Assembly: GCF_009557235.1 (NCBI RefSeq)
Contig: NZ_CP045650.1
Coordinates: 750,001 to 782,000, forward strand
Direction: 5' to 3'
DNA length: 32,000 nt
Source: Acinetobacter wanghuae
Lineage (GTDB): Bacteria > Pseudomonadota > Gammaproteobacteria > Pseudomonadales > Moraxellaceae
Shown: positions 1-8,454 of the stretch, piece by piece
Layout: every line of letters starts with the position of its first letter
Position numbering within the stretch: the stretch's first letter is position 1
Position numbers and translations under genes: made by a program
Notes under the pieces: model-generated
Told to the model about the DNA's origin: nothing
Seen by the model: only the letters and a program-made list of their open reading frames with translations
Databases searched by the model: none

Positions 1-54
1 GAATGACGAGTCATCGTTGAATATCCGTTAGCTTTTTAGTATTTTTTCAAAAAG

Positions 55-84
55 TTGCTAGAATATTTATTATATGAATACAAT
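55..84 (+). promoter_or_regulatory. Candidate sigma70 promoter of the marR-like gene
   Basis: TTGCTA (55-60), 18-nt spacer, TACAAT (79-84), about 15 nt upstream of the ATG at 100. No clear SD follows. Hexamer match only. Confidence 0.3.
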
Positions 85-99
85 TGCCAACTTTTATTT

Positions 100-525
100 A
101 TGAAAAAAATACGACCTTCTTTAACCTTAGCATTACTTGAGGCGCGTGAAGCCTTAATGACGCATTTTCGCCCTGAGTTAAATGATGTCGGTTTGACTGA
201 ACAACAATGGCGAATTATTCGGACGCTGGCAGAGTTTGATGAACTTGATAGCACAACACTTGCCGATAAAGCCTGCATTTTGAAACCAAGTTTGACTGGT
301 ATTATTCATCGGTTGCTAGAAACAGGACTAATTATTCGTCGTCGCTCTGAGCAAGATCAACGCTTTAGTTATATTTCGTTGAGTGATGCCGGACATAGCA
401 TGTTTGCCGAAATGTCGGTACGTATGGAACAACGTTATCAGCATATTCAAGACCGTTTAGGCACTGAGAAAATGGAGCAGCTTCTCGTATTGTTAAAAGA
501 TGCGAAAGCGCTGAAACGTGACTAA
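100..525 (+). CDS. MarR-family transcriptional regulator (HpaR-like)
   Basis: Track ORF is 55..525. The ATG at 100 (MKKIRPSLTLALLEAREALMTHFRP...) gives 141 aa, typical of the MarR family. Winged-helix-like segment LTEQQWRIIRTLAEFDELDSTTLADKACILKPSLTGIIHRLLETGLIIRR. The first 15 codons of the track ORF overlap promoter-like AT-rich DNA. A terminator follows. Confidence 0.8.
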   Translation: MKKIRPSLTLALLEAREALMTHFRPELNDVGLTEQQWRIIRTLAEFDELDSTTLADKACILKPSLTGIIHRLLETGLIIRRRSEQDQRFSYISLSDAGHSMFAEMSVRMEQRYQHIQDRLGTEKMEQLLVLLKDAKALKRD

Positions 526-552
526 GCTAAGCCTTTTGATTGTGCTGATTAT

Positions 553-585
553 AAAAAATGCCTGATTGATTCAGGCATTTTTTTC
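553..585 (+). terminator. Rho-independent terminator after the marR-like gene
   Basis: Stem aatgcctga (557-565) / tcaggcatt (571-579), 5-nt loop, then a T-run to 585. Confidence 0.7.
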
Positions 586-707
586 AGATCTTTAACATAT
601 GACGATCAAAGCGGATCATTTAAATTAAATTGATAAAGATAGGCAAGATTAAATCAGGTTGAACATGCAGTTCCCAGCAATAAAAAATGACCGATACCGC
701 TTAAAAC

Positions 708-917
708 TTAAAGCTCACGCCACACATCATTTTCATCTTTTAGAGAAACCGTAAAATTAAATGAATCGTCTGTACTGACCAGTAATGAAGTCGGGGTATG
801 CATGACCACTTTTAAAACCGTACCTGCTTCAAAGATCAATGGTTCGCAATTTTCTTTTTCCAACGTGATAGGCTTGAGTAATTCAATGACCGAGCTTTCC
901 ATTTTTTCATTCCCCAA
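708..917 (-). CDS. Hypothetical small protein (69 aa)
   Basis: Only ORF of reasonable size in the 540-1386 gap. I recognise no family and see no strong SD. An alternative start at the internal Met (MESSVIELL...) is possible. Confidence 0.3.
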   Translation of the reverse strand: MGNEKMESSVIELLKPITLEKENCEPLIFEAGTVLKVVMHTPTSLLVSTDDSFNFTVSLKDENDVWREL

Positions 918-1386
918 TAGATGTTGGTATTTTTCGCAGATGATAGCATGCTTTGACCCAAAAAATGAGCCTGTTTATCGCTTGATATTGTGAAATTGTA
1001 GCGACTTAAGTCTAAGAATTATAAAAATAATCATGACAAATGTATTGGTCATATCGTATTAATTCTGTACTTGTTCTCAGCCACGCATCATCAGGAAATT
1101 TAATACAGCTTGTAATACAAATATGGTTCTTTCACCCATTAGATGAACTTCATTGCATCTGATTTAACGCCACTCATTCAACCGTGTATTGATACCATTG
1201 CTCGCTCAAAATGCTAAATTTCTTGGCTTTCATTAAATTAATCAACGTCATCTTCCATCTTTCAGCTATATTGTGATGCATAGATCCCGTTGCCATAAAT
1301 TTGAAGATTAGTGCAGTATTTCCCTTAAAAAATAATAAACTATCTTTTTTACGTTGAAATAAAAGAATAAGGAGTATTCACCGAAC

Positions 1387-2580
1387 ATGTTTAAGTCGTT
1401 TTTCCCAAAGCCAGTCTGGTTTTTTAGCAGTTTGGTGCTATGGTTTGTGATTAATTTATGGCTTTGGCACAGTGGCGGCTCAGGATGGGGCAGCTACGTA
1501 GGTTTTGCTAAAGACTACCACGAGGTGACATTACCGATTGGTGTGAGCCGATTCTGGTCAGCGCAATTTCTTTGGTTCTATTTGTGGTATTTCGTTGCAA
1601 CGGTTTTATTTGCATGGTTTTGGCATGTTAAAGCACATCATCCATGGCAACGTTGGTCGATTTGGGGGTCTTCTTTCATTCTGTTTAACATTTGGTTTGG
1701 TGTCCAAGTCAATGTCGTGCTGAATGAATGGTACAGCCCATTTTATGATTTAATTCAAAAAATGCTGACCAGTGGTGGAGGTGATGTACAGTCACTCTAC
1801 AGTGGAGCGGTGACTTTCATATATATCGCGATGGTTTATGTCACTTTGGCGGTGTTTAACCTGTTCTTTGTGAGCCATTATGTGTTCCGTTGGCGTACCG
1901 CAATGAATGACTATTATACGGCGCATTGGGAGCAGTTACGTCATATCGAAGGTGCATCACAGCGTATTCAAGAAGATACAATGCGTTTTGCACGTACCAC
2001 AGAAGAATTGGGTGTATCTCTCATTGAGTCGCTCATGTTGCTGATGGCATTTTTACCCGTACTGTATACGCTGTCGAGTCATGTTAAAACCTTACCCATC
2101 ATTGGAGAAATCAGTCATGCCTTGGTGTGGGCATCGCTTGGCTGGGCAGTATTTGGCACGATCGTACTGATGACCGTTGGTATAAAATTGCCGGGACTTG
2201 AGTTTAATAACCAAAAAGTGGAAGCGGCATATCGTAAAGAATTGGTGTATGGCGAGGACTATGCAGAACGTGCTCAACCGCAAACCTTAAAAGAATTATT
2301 TAGCAAAGTACGTTTCAATTATTTCCGTCTTTATTTCCACTATGCCTATTTCAACATGGTACGTATTTGGTATTTGCAACTCGATAATATTTACGGGTTA
2401 TTTATTTTATTCCCAAGTATTGCTGCGGGTGCCATTACACTTGGTTTGATGATGCAGATTTTGAATGTCTTTGGCAAAGTCCGTGAATCATTCCAGTACT
2501 TAATTATGTCATGGCCAAAAATTATTGAATTACTCTCCATTTATAAACGTCTCAAAGCCTTTGAGTCGCATATTGATTAA
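1387..2580 (+). CDS. sbmA: SbmA/BacA-family peptide (antimicrobial peptide / microcin) uptake transporter
   Basis: N-terminus MFKSFFPKP... plus blocks [63 protein letters not shown] and [12 protein letters not shown] match E. coli SbmA as I remember it, along the whole length. SD aaggag lies about 9 nt upstream. Confidence 0.9.
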   Translation: MFKSFFPKPVWFFSSLVLWFVINLWLWHSGGSGWGSYVGFAKDYHEVTLPIGVSRFWSAQFLWFYLWYFVATVLFAWFWHVKAHHPWQRWSIWGSSFILFNIWFGVQVNVVLNEWYSPFYDLIQKMLTSGGGDVQSLYSGAVTFIYIAMVYVTLAVFNLFFVSHYVFRWRTAMNDYYTAHWEQLRHIEGASQRIQEDTMRFARTTEELGVSLIESLMLLMAFLPVLYTLSSHVKTLPIIGEISHALVWASLGWAVFGTIVLMTVGIKLPGLEFNNQKVEAAYRKELVYGEDYAERAQPQTLKELFSKVRFNYFRLYFHYAYFNMVRIWYLQLDNIYGLFILFPSIAAGAITLGLMMQILNVFGKVRESFQYLIMSWPKIIELLSIYKRLKAFESHID

Positions 2581-2599
2581 TTGTAAATAGCACATCACG

Positions 2600-2636
2600 A
2601 TCGGATCAGGTATCAACACTTGATCCGATTTTTTAT
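2600..2636 (+). terminator. Rho-independent terminator after sbmA
   Basis: Stem atcggatca (2600-2608) / tgatccgat (2621-2629), followed by tttttt. Confidence 0.65.
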
Positions 2637-2943
2637 TGTTGAAGATACGATTTGTCTTTTGATTAAAAGGAGAAGATAGTTGAAAATGCTTATGGAACGT
2701 ATTCAATGATTTAGATGTCCCACAATAAATCTGTATTAAGCTTAGATTTGAGATTTTTAAAATGCTATATCATTGATTTACTAATATTTTTATATTTATT
2801 TTTTAATGTCTGTTATAGGCTTTTTTGTGATCTATGCTTCATCGTGATTTGGCAATAAATGCTTATAAAATCAATCTATTGCGATTGTTGTTTTGGTCTA
2901 ATTCGGTTATGTTATGTGCATAATATAGCTCGAGAATAAGAAT

Positions 2944-3933
2944 GTGAAGCTCAAGGTATTTACCCTTACGATAATAATGACAAGTTTAACCGCCTGTACA
3001 CAGGTCGAGCGTTTAAAATCAGGCGCTGAGCCGAATTATGCAAGCCCACAAGAATTCATTGCCAAAAAAAATTTAAACAATCAAGATGGGACTGCCAAGG
3101 AATATATTTACGTTTGGGATGCAAAACAAAAAGGCAATAGCACACAATCTTTACTTCCGCGCACCACACTAAGCCAGTATTGTCATGCGAAGTCAGGTCG
3201 CTTGGTGCTGTCGTATAAAAGCCAATTGAGCTTAGTGAAAAATGCGGCACAAAAGCGTCGTTTAGCAGCTGATAAAAGTTTGGCACAAGGCATTGGTGCG
3301 TATCAGTGCAAATTTGCAGATGGCACACATTGGTTGGTATCCATTGAGCCGATGAGTGAGCAAGCTGTGCAGAAGAATAGCGCCACACGTTCGGTTAAAT
3401 TACTGACCAAAGTCATGAGCATGCATGAAGCACGTCAGTTTTATCGTGGGGCAGTATCTCTAGATAAAAAAATAGAATCCCCTAAAAATAGTGCCAAAAA
3501 TACCCAAAAAGAGGTCGCAAAAAAAGAAACAAGTTTAAAAGAGCACTTAAAAGAAAACCCAAGCAAAGATTTAAAGCCAACAGTTGATGTGGCGACGCCT
3601 ACGGTATTACCGAATAACCATGCAGCCGAGAGCGTACAACAGCAGCAGGCACGTTTATATGTTGCAGCCCGTCGTGATATTAACACGGGTAAAAACATCA
3701 CCAATGCCTGTAATAATGCACAAAAAGCCTATAGCTTCGGTAAATTGCAAGGTACTGAGGGAACACGTGTTTATACGGAGTCGGGGATGTTGGTGGCACG
3801 TTGTTTAAATAACATTCCGTCATATGGCAGCCGTATTCCAAATGCCAAAGGACAAGCCAAACGGATTTTGACCAATCTTGCTAATAATTATAATCATTCG
3901 GGTGCAAAAAATATGCTGCGCCAAATGAAGTAA
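2944..3933 (+). CDS. Hypothetical lipoprotein
   Basis: GTG start. Signal peptide MKLKVFTLTIIMTSLTAC with lipobox L-T-A-C. Lys/Glu-rich low-complexity middle. No family recognised. Confidence 0.7.
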   Translation: MKLKVFTLTIIMTSLTACTQVERLKSGAEPNYASPQEFIAKKNLNNQDGTAKEYIYVWDAKQKGNSTQSLLPRTTLSQYCHAKSGRLVLSYKSQLSLVKNAAQKRRLAADKSLAQGIGAYQCKFADGTHWLVSIEPMSEQAVQKNSATRSVKLLTKVMSMHEARQFYRGAVSLDKKIESPKNSAKNTQKEVAKKETSLKEHLKENPSKDLKPTVDVATPTVLPNNHAAESVQQQQARLYVAARRDINTGKNITNACNNAQKAYSFGKLQGTEGTRVYTESGMLVARCLNNIPSYGSRIPNAKGQAKRILTNLANNYNHSGAKNMLRQMK

Positions 3934-4083
3934 AAGCAAAATTTTGATGAATTGTCTATCTTTTAAGATAGGCATTTTTATGCGTTTATAGATGAATTGC
4001 TGTTTATTTTTTACAGAGCCATAACAGGCTATGTATGGTGCTTTGTGGTACAAAGAAGGCATCAGCATGGAGTAGTTTATACA

Positions 4084-4605
4084 ATGTCTTTTCGTCTTTT
4101 TAAAACGATTAAAAATATTCATCCTGCAGTGAAATCTGCCGTTCTGGCATGTGCTTTACTGAGTTCTGTGCAAATGACCGCAGCGAGTACTGCACAAGAT
4201 CAGCTCAGTAGTTGCTTAGTGAAGGCGACGACTGCGGCAGATAAGACTGCGGTTTTACAATGGACGTTTGTTGCGCTGTCAACGCATCCTGATTTACAAG
4301 CATTCGCTCAAGTGAATGCTGCACAAAAAGAACAATTGGATAAAAACTTTGCGGCGGTTTTGCAACGGATTTTGGTGGAGCAATGTTCAGCTCAAGCCAA
4401 AGCTGTGATTCAAGCCGATGGTGTTGAAGGTATTGGGTCAAGTTTCCAAGAGCTTGGGCAAATCACGGGCGACGAAATTTTAAAAAATCCTGAAATTAAA
4501 GCGCAGCTCAAAGGCGTGCTGAAATATGTCGATTTAAATAAATTAGTCATGACCTTTTTAACGCCAGATATTTGGAATAAGTTGGGCGCGATTCGAGGGC
4601 TGTAA
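4084..4605 (+). CDS. Hypothetical secreted protein (signal peptide)
   Basis: Track ORF is 3997..4605. The ATG at 4084 is preceded by ggag about 11 nt upstream and gives MSFRLFKTIKNIHPAVKSAVLACALLSSVQMTAAS, a signal-peptide-like N-terminus. No family recognised. Confidence 0.65.
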   Translation: MSFRLFKTIKNIHPAVKSAVLACALLSSVQMTAASTAQDQLSSCLVKATTAADKTAVLQWTFVALSTHPDLQAFAQVNAAQKEQLDKNFAAVLQRILVEQCSAQAKAVIQADGVEGIGSSFQELGQITGDEILKNPEIKAQLKGVLKYVDLNKLVMTFLTPDIWNKLGAIRGL

Positions 4606-4617
4606 TTTTACTAAAAC

Positions 4618-4839
4618 TTACTTAAAAATAGCCGCAATGATTTTAAATAGCCAAATGATTGGATAGATCAGTAGTTCTAAACCGTCTGCTAAGTGGGCGA
4701 GTTTACTTCGTCGGGCAGTTTCGGGATATGCTTGAAATAAACCTTTACGCCATTTTGGATGTAGTAGCATAATTGTTAAAATCAATAGAAATAAGCTGGC
4801 TAGCCCTAGCATAAAGTACATGATTGAAAATGATGTCAT
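4618..4839 (-). CDS. Hypothetical small membrane protein (2 predicted TM segments)
   Basis: Track ORF is 4618..4905. The stretch 4877-4912 forms the qor terminator hairpin, so I prefer the internal ATG at 4839 (MTSFSIMYFMLGLASLFLLILTIMLL...). Weak SD. Confidence 0.4.
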   Translation of the reverse strand: MTSFSIMYFMLGLASLFLLILTIMLLHPKWRKGLFQAYPETARRSKLAHLADGLELLIYPIIWLFKIIAAIFK

Positions 4840-4874
4840 TATTGTTTTTCTTTGGTTTTTTGATTTTATAGCAT

Positions 4875-4912
4875 AAAAAATGGATGCAGATATCAGTATT
4901 TGCATCCATTTT
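4875..4912 (-). terminator. Rho-independent terminator after the qor-like gene
   Basis: 12-bp stem aaaatggatgca (4877-4888) / tgcatccatttt (4901-4912). On the minus strand the T-run continues past the stem. Confidence 0.55.
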
Positions 4913-4946
4913 ACTTCGCTTTCGGCTATTTTTAAATGATCTAAGA

Positions 4947-5849
4947 TTAATTAAAAATTAATACACTTTTACCTTTGGTATGCCCCGATAAAATATCGCT
5001 ATAAGCGCTTTGTGCTTGCTCAAAAGGATATTCGCGGCTGACTTCCCAATGAAAACGACCCTCACTCACACCTGTTACCACATGCTGTAAATTGGCAAGA
5101 TTACGTTTGACCCACACCGGTCGAATCTGAGTTGATGATACTTTTTTACCGGCAATCGTGCCCATAAAGCCATTTGTTTTGACCATAGCTAAAGCTGCTT
5201 GTGTTGCTTCTTCTGTACCGCTTAAATCAATTGAAGCATCAAATTGAGTAGGATGAATTTGTTTAAGGCGCTCAATTAAACCATCACCATAGACCACTGC
5301 GGTTGCACCGAGCTTTTTAATATAAGCTTGATTGGCACTCGATGCTGTTGCGACGACATCAATGCCTTTTTCAACCGCAAGTTGAACCACGATTGAACCG
5401 ACACCACCTGAACCACCATGCACCAGTAAAGACTGAATATCACCTATTTCATCAAAAATGGTCATCGCGGTTTGTGCTGCACCTGCCAATGAACCTGCAA
5501 CTGCCCAATCTATATTTTGTGGTTTCTTCACTAAATTGGCTAAAGGCACATCGATCACGCTAGCATGGGTAAATGCACCGCCTGAGCCAAGGACTTCATC
5601 GCCCACTTTCCATGTATGTTGAGTTTCATCAACCTCAACAATGATGCCTGCATATTCAGTGCCGAAGGTTTGCGGCAGGGCTGCATGTTTAAATTCACCC
5701 GTCATGCGACGTGCATCAATCGGGTTAATGCCTGCGGCTTTGACTTGGATTCGTGCGTTGCCTAAAGCAAGTGGTTGTAATGTTTGTTGTGTATATTCAA
5801 GCACGTCAGGTGCGCCATATTCGTGTGCAATCAGTATTGTTGATTTCAT
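4947..5849 (-). CDS. NADPH:quinone oxidoreductase / zinc-type alcohol dehydrogenase-like (MDR superfamily)
   Basis: MKSTILIAHEYGAPDVLEY...VKAAGINPIDARRMTGEF and the nucleotide-binding stretch LVHGGSGGVGSIVVQLA are typical of Qor-like MDR proteins. Confidence 0.88.
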   Translation of the reverse strand: MKSTILIAHEYGAPDVLEYTQQTLQPLALGNARIQVKAAGINPIDARRMTGEFKHAALPQTFGTEYAGIIVEVDETQHTWKVGDEVLGSGGAFTHASVIDVPLANLVKKPQNIDWAVAGSLAGAAQTAMTIFDEIGDIQSLLVHGGSGGVGSIVVQLAVEKGIDVVATASSANQAYIKKLGATAVVYGDGLIERLKQIHPTQFDASIDLSGTEEATQAALAMVKTNGFMGTIAGKKVSSTQIRPVWVKRNLANLQHVVTGVSEGRFHWEVSREYPFEQAQSAYSDILSGHTKGKSVLIFN

Positions 5850-5940
5850 GTTGATGCCTTGGTTTTTTAAATCATGGCAGGATTATAGGCAGGGGAAACG
5901 GAGCTACATAAGCCCAAAAACTGGATCAGATTTTTCTAAA

Positions 5941-6021
5941 AATAGAACAACCTCTCCTTAGCCTTTTTTTTTCTTGCGCTTCGTTTTAAAAGCAATGCTT
6001 TAAAACTTGCTCAGGAGAGGT
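5941..6021 (-). terminator. Candidate compound terminator / junction hairpin downstream of the islet operon
   Basis: Outer 9-bp arms acctctcct (5950-5958) / aggagaggt (6013-6021) enclose an inner AT-rich hairpin, gttttaaaagc (5983-5993) / gctttaaaac (5997-6006). On the minus strand the outer stem is followed by ttgttctattttt. This is not a textbook terminator. Confidence 0.3.
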
Positions 6022-6040
6022 GGGCTAAACTGTACATGCA

Positions 6041-6736
6041 TTATAAATCAAATAAATCATACTGTGCTTTATCTGTAAGATTATAAATTTCAGAAATTTT
6101 GTTTTTGAATATATTAACTCCTCCATAGCTTGGATGGCGAACATGATGTTGGATCATATGATCTGGTATATCTAGTTTTTTTATAGATTCAAAAGAATCA
6201 TTCCCAATACATATAATTCTAGAAATATTTAGACTATTAATTAGTTTGGTAAGTATATAAATACCGAACTCTTCTTCAAGACGATTATACTTTCTGTTAC
6301 TTTGCTGGTTGTCTTTTTCATAAGGATGAAATGGGAAAATATTCCAAAAAAATATATTTTTAGGTAATTTTTCATACATTGTCCAAATTGTATTTGCAGA
6401 AACCTCAGATGATAAATTCTTTTCTTTGCTAACTATTTGTAGATTAAGATTCAACTTACTGTTTAAAGAGTTAATATTATTTTCACTGGTAAAAGGAATG
6501 CCTGTTCTTCTTCCACCCTTATATCCAAGATCTCGACCTATCCATAAATCAATCGAATCTAGAGTGGAAAAATATTCTAAATACAATTTTAAATTTTCTA
6601 ATCTTATTTTATTAGCCGTATGAACATCATAGAGATCACATATATCTTTATAGGGATTGAAAGTGTTGGTAAATTGTTTTTTAGATAAGTCACTGATTAT
6701 ACTTTTTAGATTATTTTTCATCATTCGGTGGTTCAA
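6041..6736 (-). CDS. Uracil-DNA-glycosylase-superfamily (UDG-like) protein
   Basis: Motif A-like WIGRDLGYKGGRRTGIPFTSE (GRDLGY encoded at 6521-6538) resembles family-1 GQDPYH...GLxFS and family-4 GEAPG...GxPFxG. Motif B-like RHPSYGG (HPS at about 6128-6136) lies near the C-terminus. The internal WNIFPFHP is also seen in UDG-like proteins. The track start at 6736 is TTG; ATGs at 6724 and 6721 are alternatives. Overlaps the upstream gene. Confidence 0.75.
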   Translation of the reverse strand: MNHRMMKNNLKSIISDLSKKQFTNTFNPYKDICDLYDVHTANKIRLENLKLYLEYFSTLDSIDLWIGRDLGYKGGRRTGIPFTSENNINSLNSKLNLNLQIVSKEKNLSSEVSANTIWTMYEKLPKNIFFWNIFPFHPYEKDNQQSNRKYNRLEEEFGIYILTKLINSLNISRIICIGNDSFESIKKLDIPDHMIQHHVRHPSYGGVNIFKNKISEIYNLTDKAQYDLFDL

Positions 6737-7871
6737 ATATTATTGATCTATTATTTAAGTCTACTCTAATGGTACCTGTTTTATGCTTGGATAATAATGT
6801 AAAAACTCTAAAGCCTTCGTAAATTGCTTCTTTCCATAGGGCAGGCGGACAGTTCTCTACCTCATATCCCTTGACAAAAAGTTGTACATTTTTAATCAAC
6901 TTGGTTGAAATATCTTTGCGTTCACTAAAGTAGTTATAAGCTTTAGCTTGATTGAAAATCCAAGCCGAGATCCCTTCTTCGACAACTATGGCTCTGCCTG
7001 AATCTTCATTCTCATCGAAATCCGGATTACTTTTTCTCTTTCTTTTCAATAAAGCTCTAAAGACAGGAGACCAATGTAAAATTGCAGCATATGATATATG
7101 AAAGATATCATGATATCTGTAATTATCCTTGTCTTTATGGTTGTCAGTTAATGGATCACCTAAGAAAACTTCACCATATTTCATATGAATTCTGCCAGAA
7201 GATCTTTTAACAAAAACAATTTCGAAATTATCGGGAAACCGTTCATCCTCAGGGAATGAGCTATCAAAAGGTTTTTGGATTTTAGGATAGTCTGAAATTA
7301 TTTCATTCCATGCAAAATTATCATTTTTAATTTTTTTTGAATTTGTTTTGATGATTCTTTCAAAATCACATTTAACAAAAAATAAAATTCTCCAAAAAGT
7401 CCTGAGAAAGCTTATATAAGCTGTTTTATCTTTACTTTTTAAGGTTAAGGATTTTTCGTGTAAATTAAATAATAATTTATTTTTAAAATCTTGGTGATTT
7501 TCAATTGATTCTTTTTCAACAATTAGGGGTAGAAATTTGGGATCAATTTTTTTGAAATATTCCTTTTGGTATAAAACTTGACTAGTTTCTTGTATTAATG
7601 TGTTGAGATCAAACTCTAACTCTATACAGGATAAGGTAAAATACCAAAGTATATCACCGAGTTCTTCTTCTATTTCTAACTCCGTAATCTTTGACATTTC
7701 TGATAAAGCTTTTTCTTTTATTTTTCTTTTTGAAATAGTTAGTAGTCCACCAATTTCACCATAGAGACCCAATAAGGAATAATTAAATTTATCTTTTTTA
7801 ATTTGACATGTACTTTTGACTAAATTTTGATATTCACTAATAAAATCACTTCCATTCATTAGGATTGCCAT
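6711..7871 (-). CDS. MazG-like all-alpha NTP pyrophosphohydrolase domain protein with a long uncharacterised C-terminal region
   Basis: Residues about 33-90, LLGLYGEIGGLLTISKRKIKE...EIEEELGDILWYFTLSCIELEFDL, match the MazG-like signature (LGLxGExGE...KK...ELGDvLWY). ATG at 7871 with SD agagg 5 nt upstream. The C-terminal part, of about 285 aa, contains YRYHDIFHISYAAILHWSP (7068-7121) and DFDENEDSGRAIVVEEG. Confidence 0.8.
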   Translation of the reverse strand: MAILMNGSDFISEYQNLVKSTCQIKKDKFNYSLLGLYGEIGGLLTISKRKIKEKALSEMSKITELEIEEELGDILWYFTLSCIELEFDLNTLIQETSQVLYQKEYFKKIDPKFLPLIVEKESIENHQDFKNKLLFNLHEKSLTLKSKDKTAYISFLRTFWRILFFVKCDFERIIKTNSKKIKNDNFAWNEIISDYPKIQKPFDSSFPEDERFPDNFEIVFVKRSSGRIHMKYGEVFLGDPLTDNHKDKDNYRYHDIFHISYAAILHWSPVFRALLKRKRKSNPDFDENEDSGRAIVVEEGISAWIFNQAKAYNYFSERKDISTKLIKNVQLFVKGYEVENCPPALWKEAIYEGFRVFTLLSKHKTGTIRVDLNNRSIIFEPPNDEK

Positions 7872-8454
7872 AAATACCTCTTGGTAAGGTTTGCCAATAT
7901 TTTTCTAATTCAGATATAAAATCGCTATGGAATCTATTCTTGTGATGACGTTTTACCGTAATATTTTTATTTGCAATAACATTATCTAGCAAATTATTAG
8001 GTAAGAGGATAGCATTATTTCCATAGTAAACAAAATTATCGCTAATTAAGACTTTATCCACTTGAGTGTCATGATCTCTGTTTCCTGTGTGAGTTATTGC
8101 ATTCGGGAAAGAGTGGTGTGAATCAAGTTGAACATATCTATTTAAACTATCTTGATAATAAATATTGTCACCAAATTGTCTTTTGGGATGTGACTTTATC
8201 GTAGGTTTTTTTAATTTAAATCTTTTGTCATTGAAATAATTTTCAAATGTTAAAATTTCAGTAACTTCCATAGCATAGATCAATCTATGTCCACCATCTC
8301 CACGGTACTTTTTACCAGCTAGACCAAAAATTTTATCTCCCACTTTGGCAGACTTTCTTGTCCTAGGTTTACAATTAGCAAGTGTACAAAAACCATAAAA
8401 AGGATTTGGTGCGAATCCGAAATCTCTATCTACAATGTAAGAAAAGAAATTCAT
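7846..8454 (-). CDS. Nmad2-like (nucleotide-modification-associated domain 2) protein, tentative
   Basis: The N-terminal motif SYIVDRDFGFAPNPFYGFCTLANCKPRTRK (8353-8442) matches my memory of the Nmad2 family signature (D-x-GFAPNPF-x-G-x-CTLA-x-CKP). His-rich C-terminal half (HHSFPNAITHTGNRDHD, KRHHKNRFH). The CDS call is solid (TAATG coupling to the upstream gene). The family call needs an HMM check. Confidence 0.7.
   Translation of the reverse strand: MNFFSYIVDRDFGFAPNPFYGFCTLANCKPRTRKSAKVGDKIFGLAGKKYRGDGGHRLIYAMEVTEILTFENYFNDKRFKLKKPTIKSHPKRQFGDNIYYQDSLNRYVQLDSHHSFPNAITHTGNRDHDTQVDKVLISDNFVYYGNNAILLPNNLLDNVIANKNITVKRHHKNRFHSDFISELEKYWQTLPRGIYGNPNEWK

Noticed and set aside
36-278. 80-aa minus-strand ORF overlapping the marR-like gene
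   Set aside because: Antisense to a recognisable MarR-family gene, Ser-rich with an odd composition, and no start signals.
1021-1386. Short minus-strand ORF (about 40 codons, MATGSMHHNIAERWKMTLINLMKAKKFSILSEQWYQYTVE) in the sbmA leader, considered as a gene remnant or pseudogene
   Set aside because: No recognisable family and no start signals, so homology cannot be judged by eye.
3056-4122. Minus- and plus-strand ORFs (110, 87, 74 and 100 aa) overlapping the lipoprotein gene and its downstream spacer
   Set aside because: They overlap a better-supported CDS with a lipobox signal peptide. They are Cys/Trp-rich nonsense-like sequences.
5342-5961. Plus-strand ORFs (73 and 106 aa) over the qor-like gene and its upstream region
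   Set aside because: Antisense shadows of the qor-like CDS, with no motifs.
6426-6623. 65-aa plus-strand ORF inside the UDG-like gene
   Set aside because: Antisense to the gene that carries the UDG motifs. It is a chance ORF of the kind expected in AT-rich DNA.
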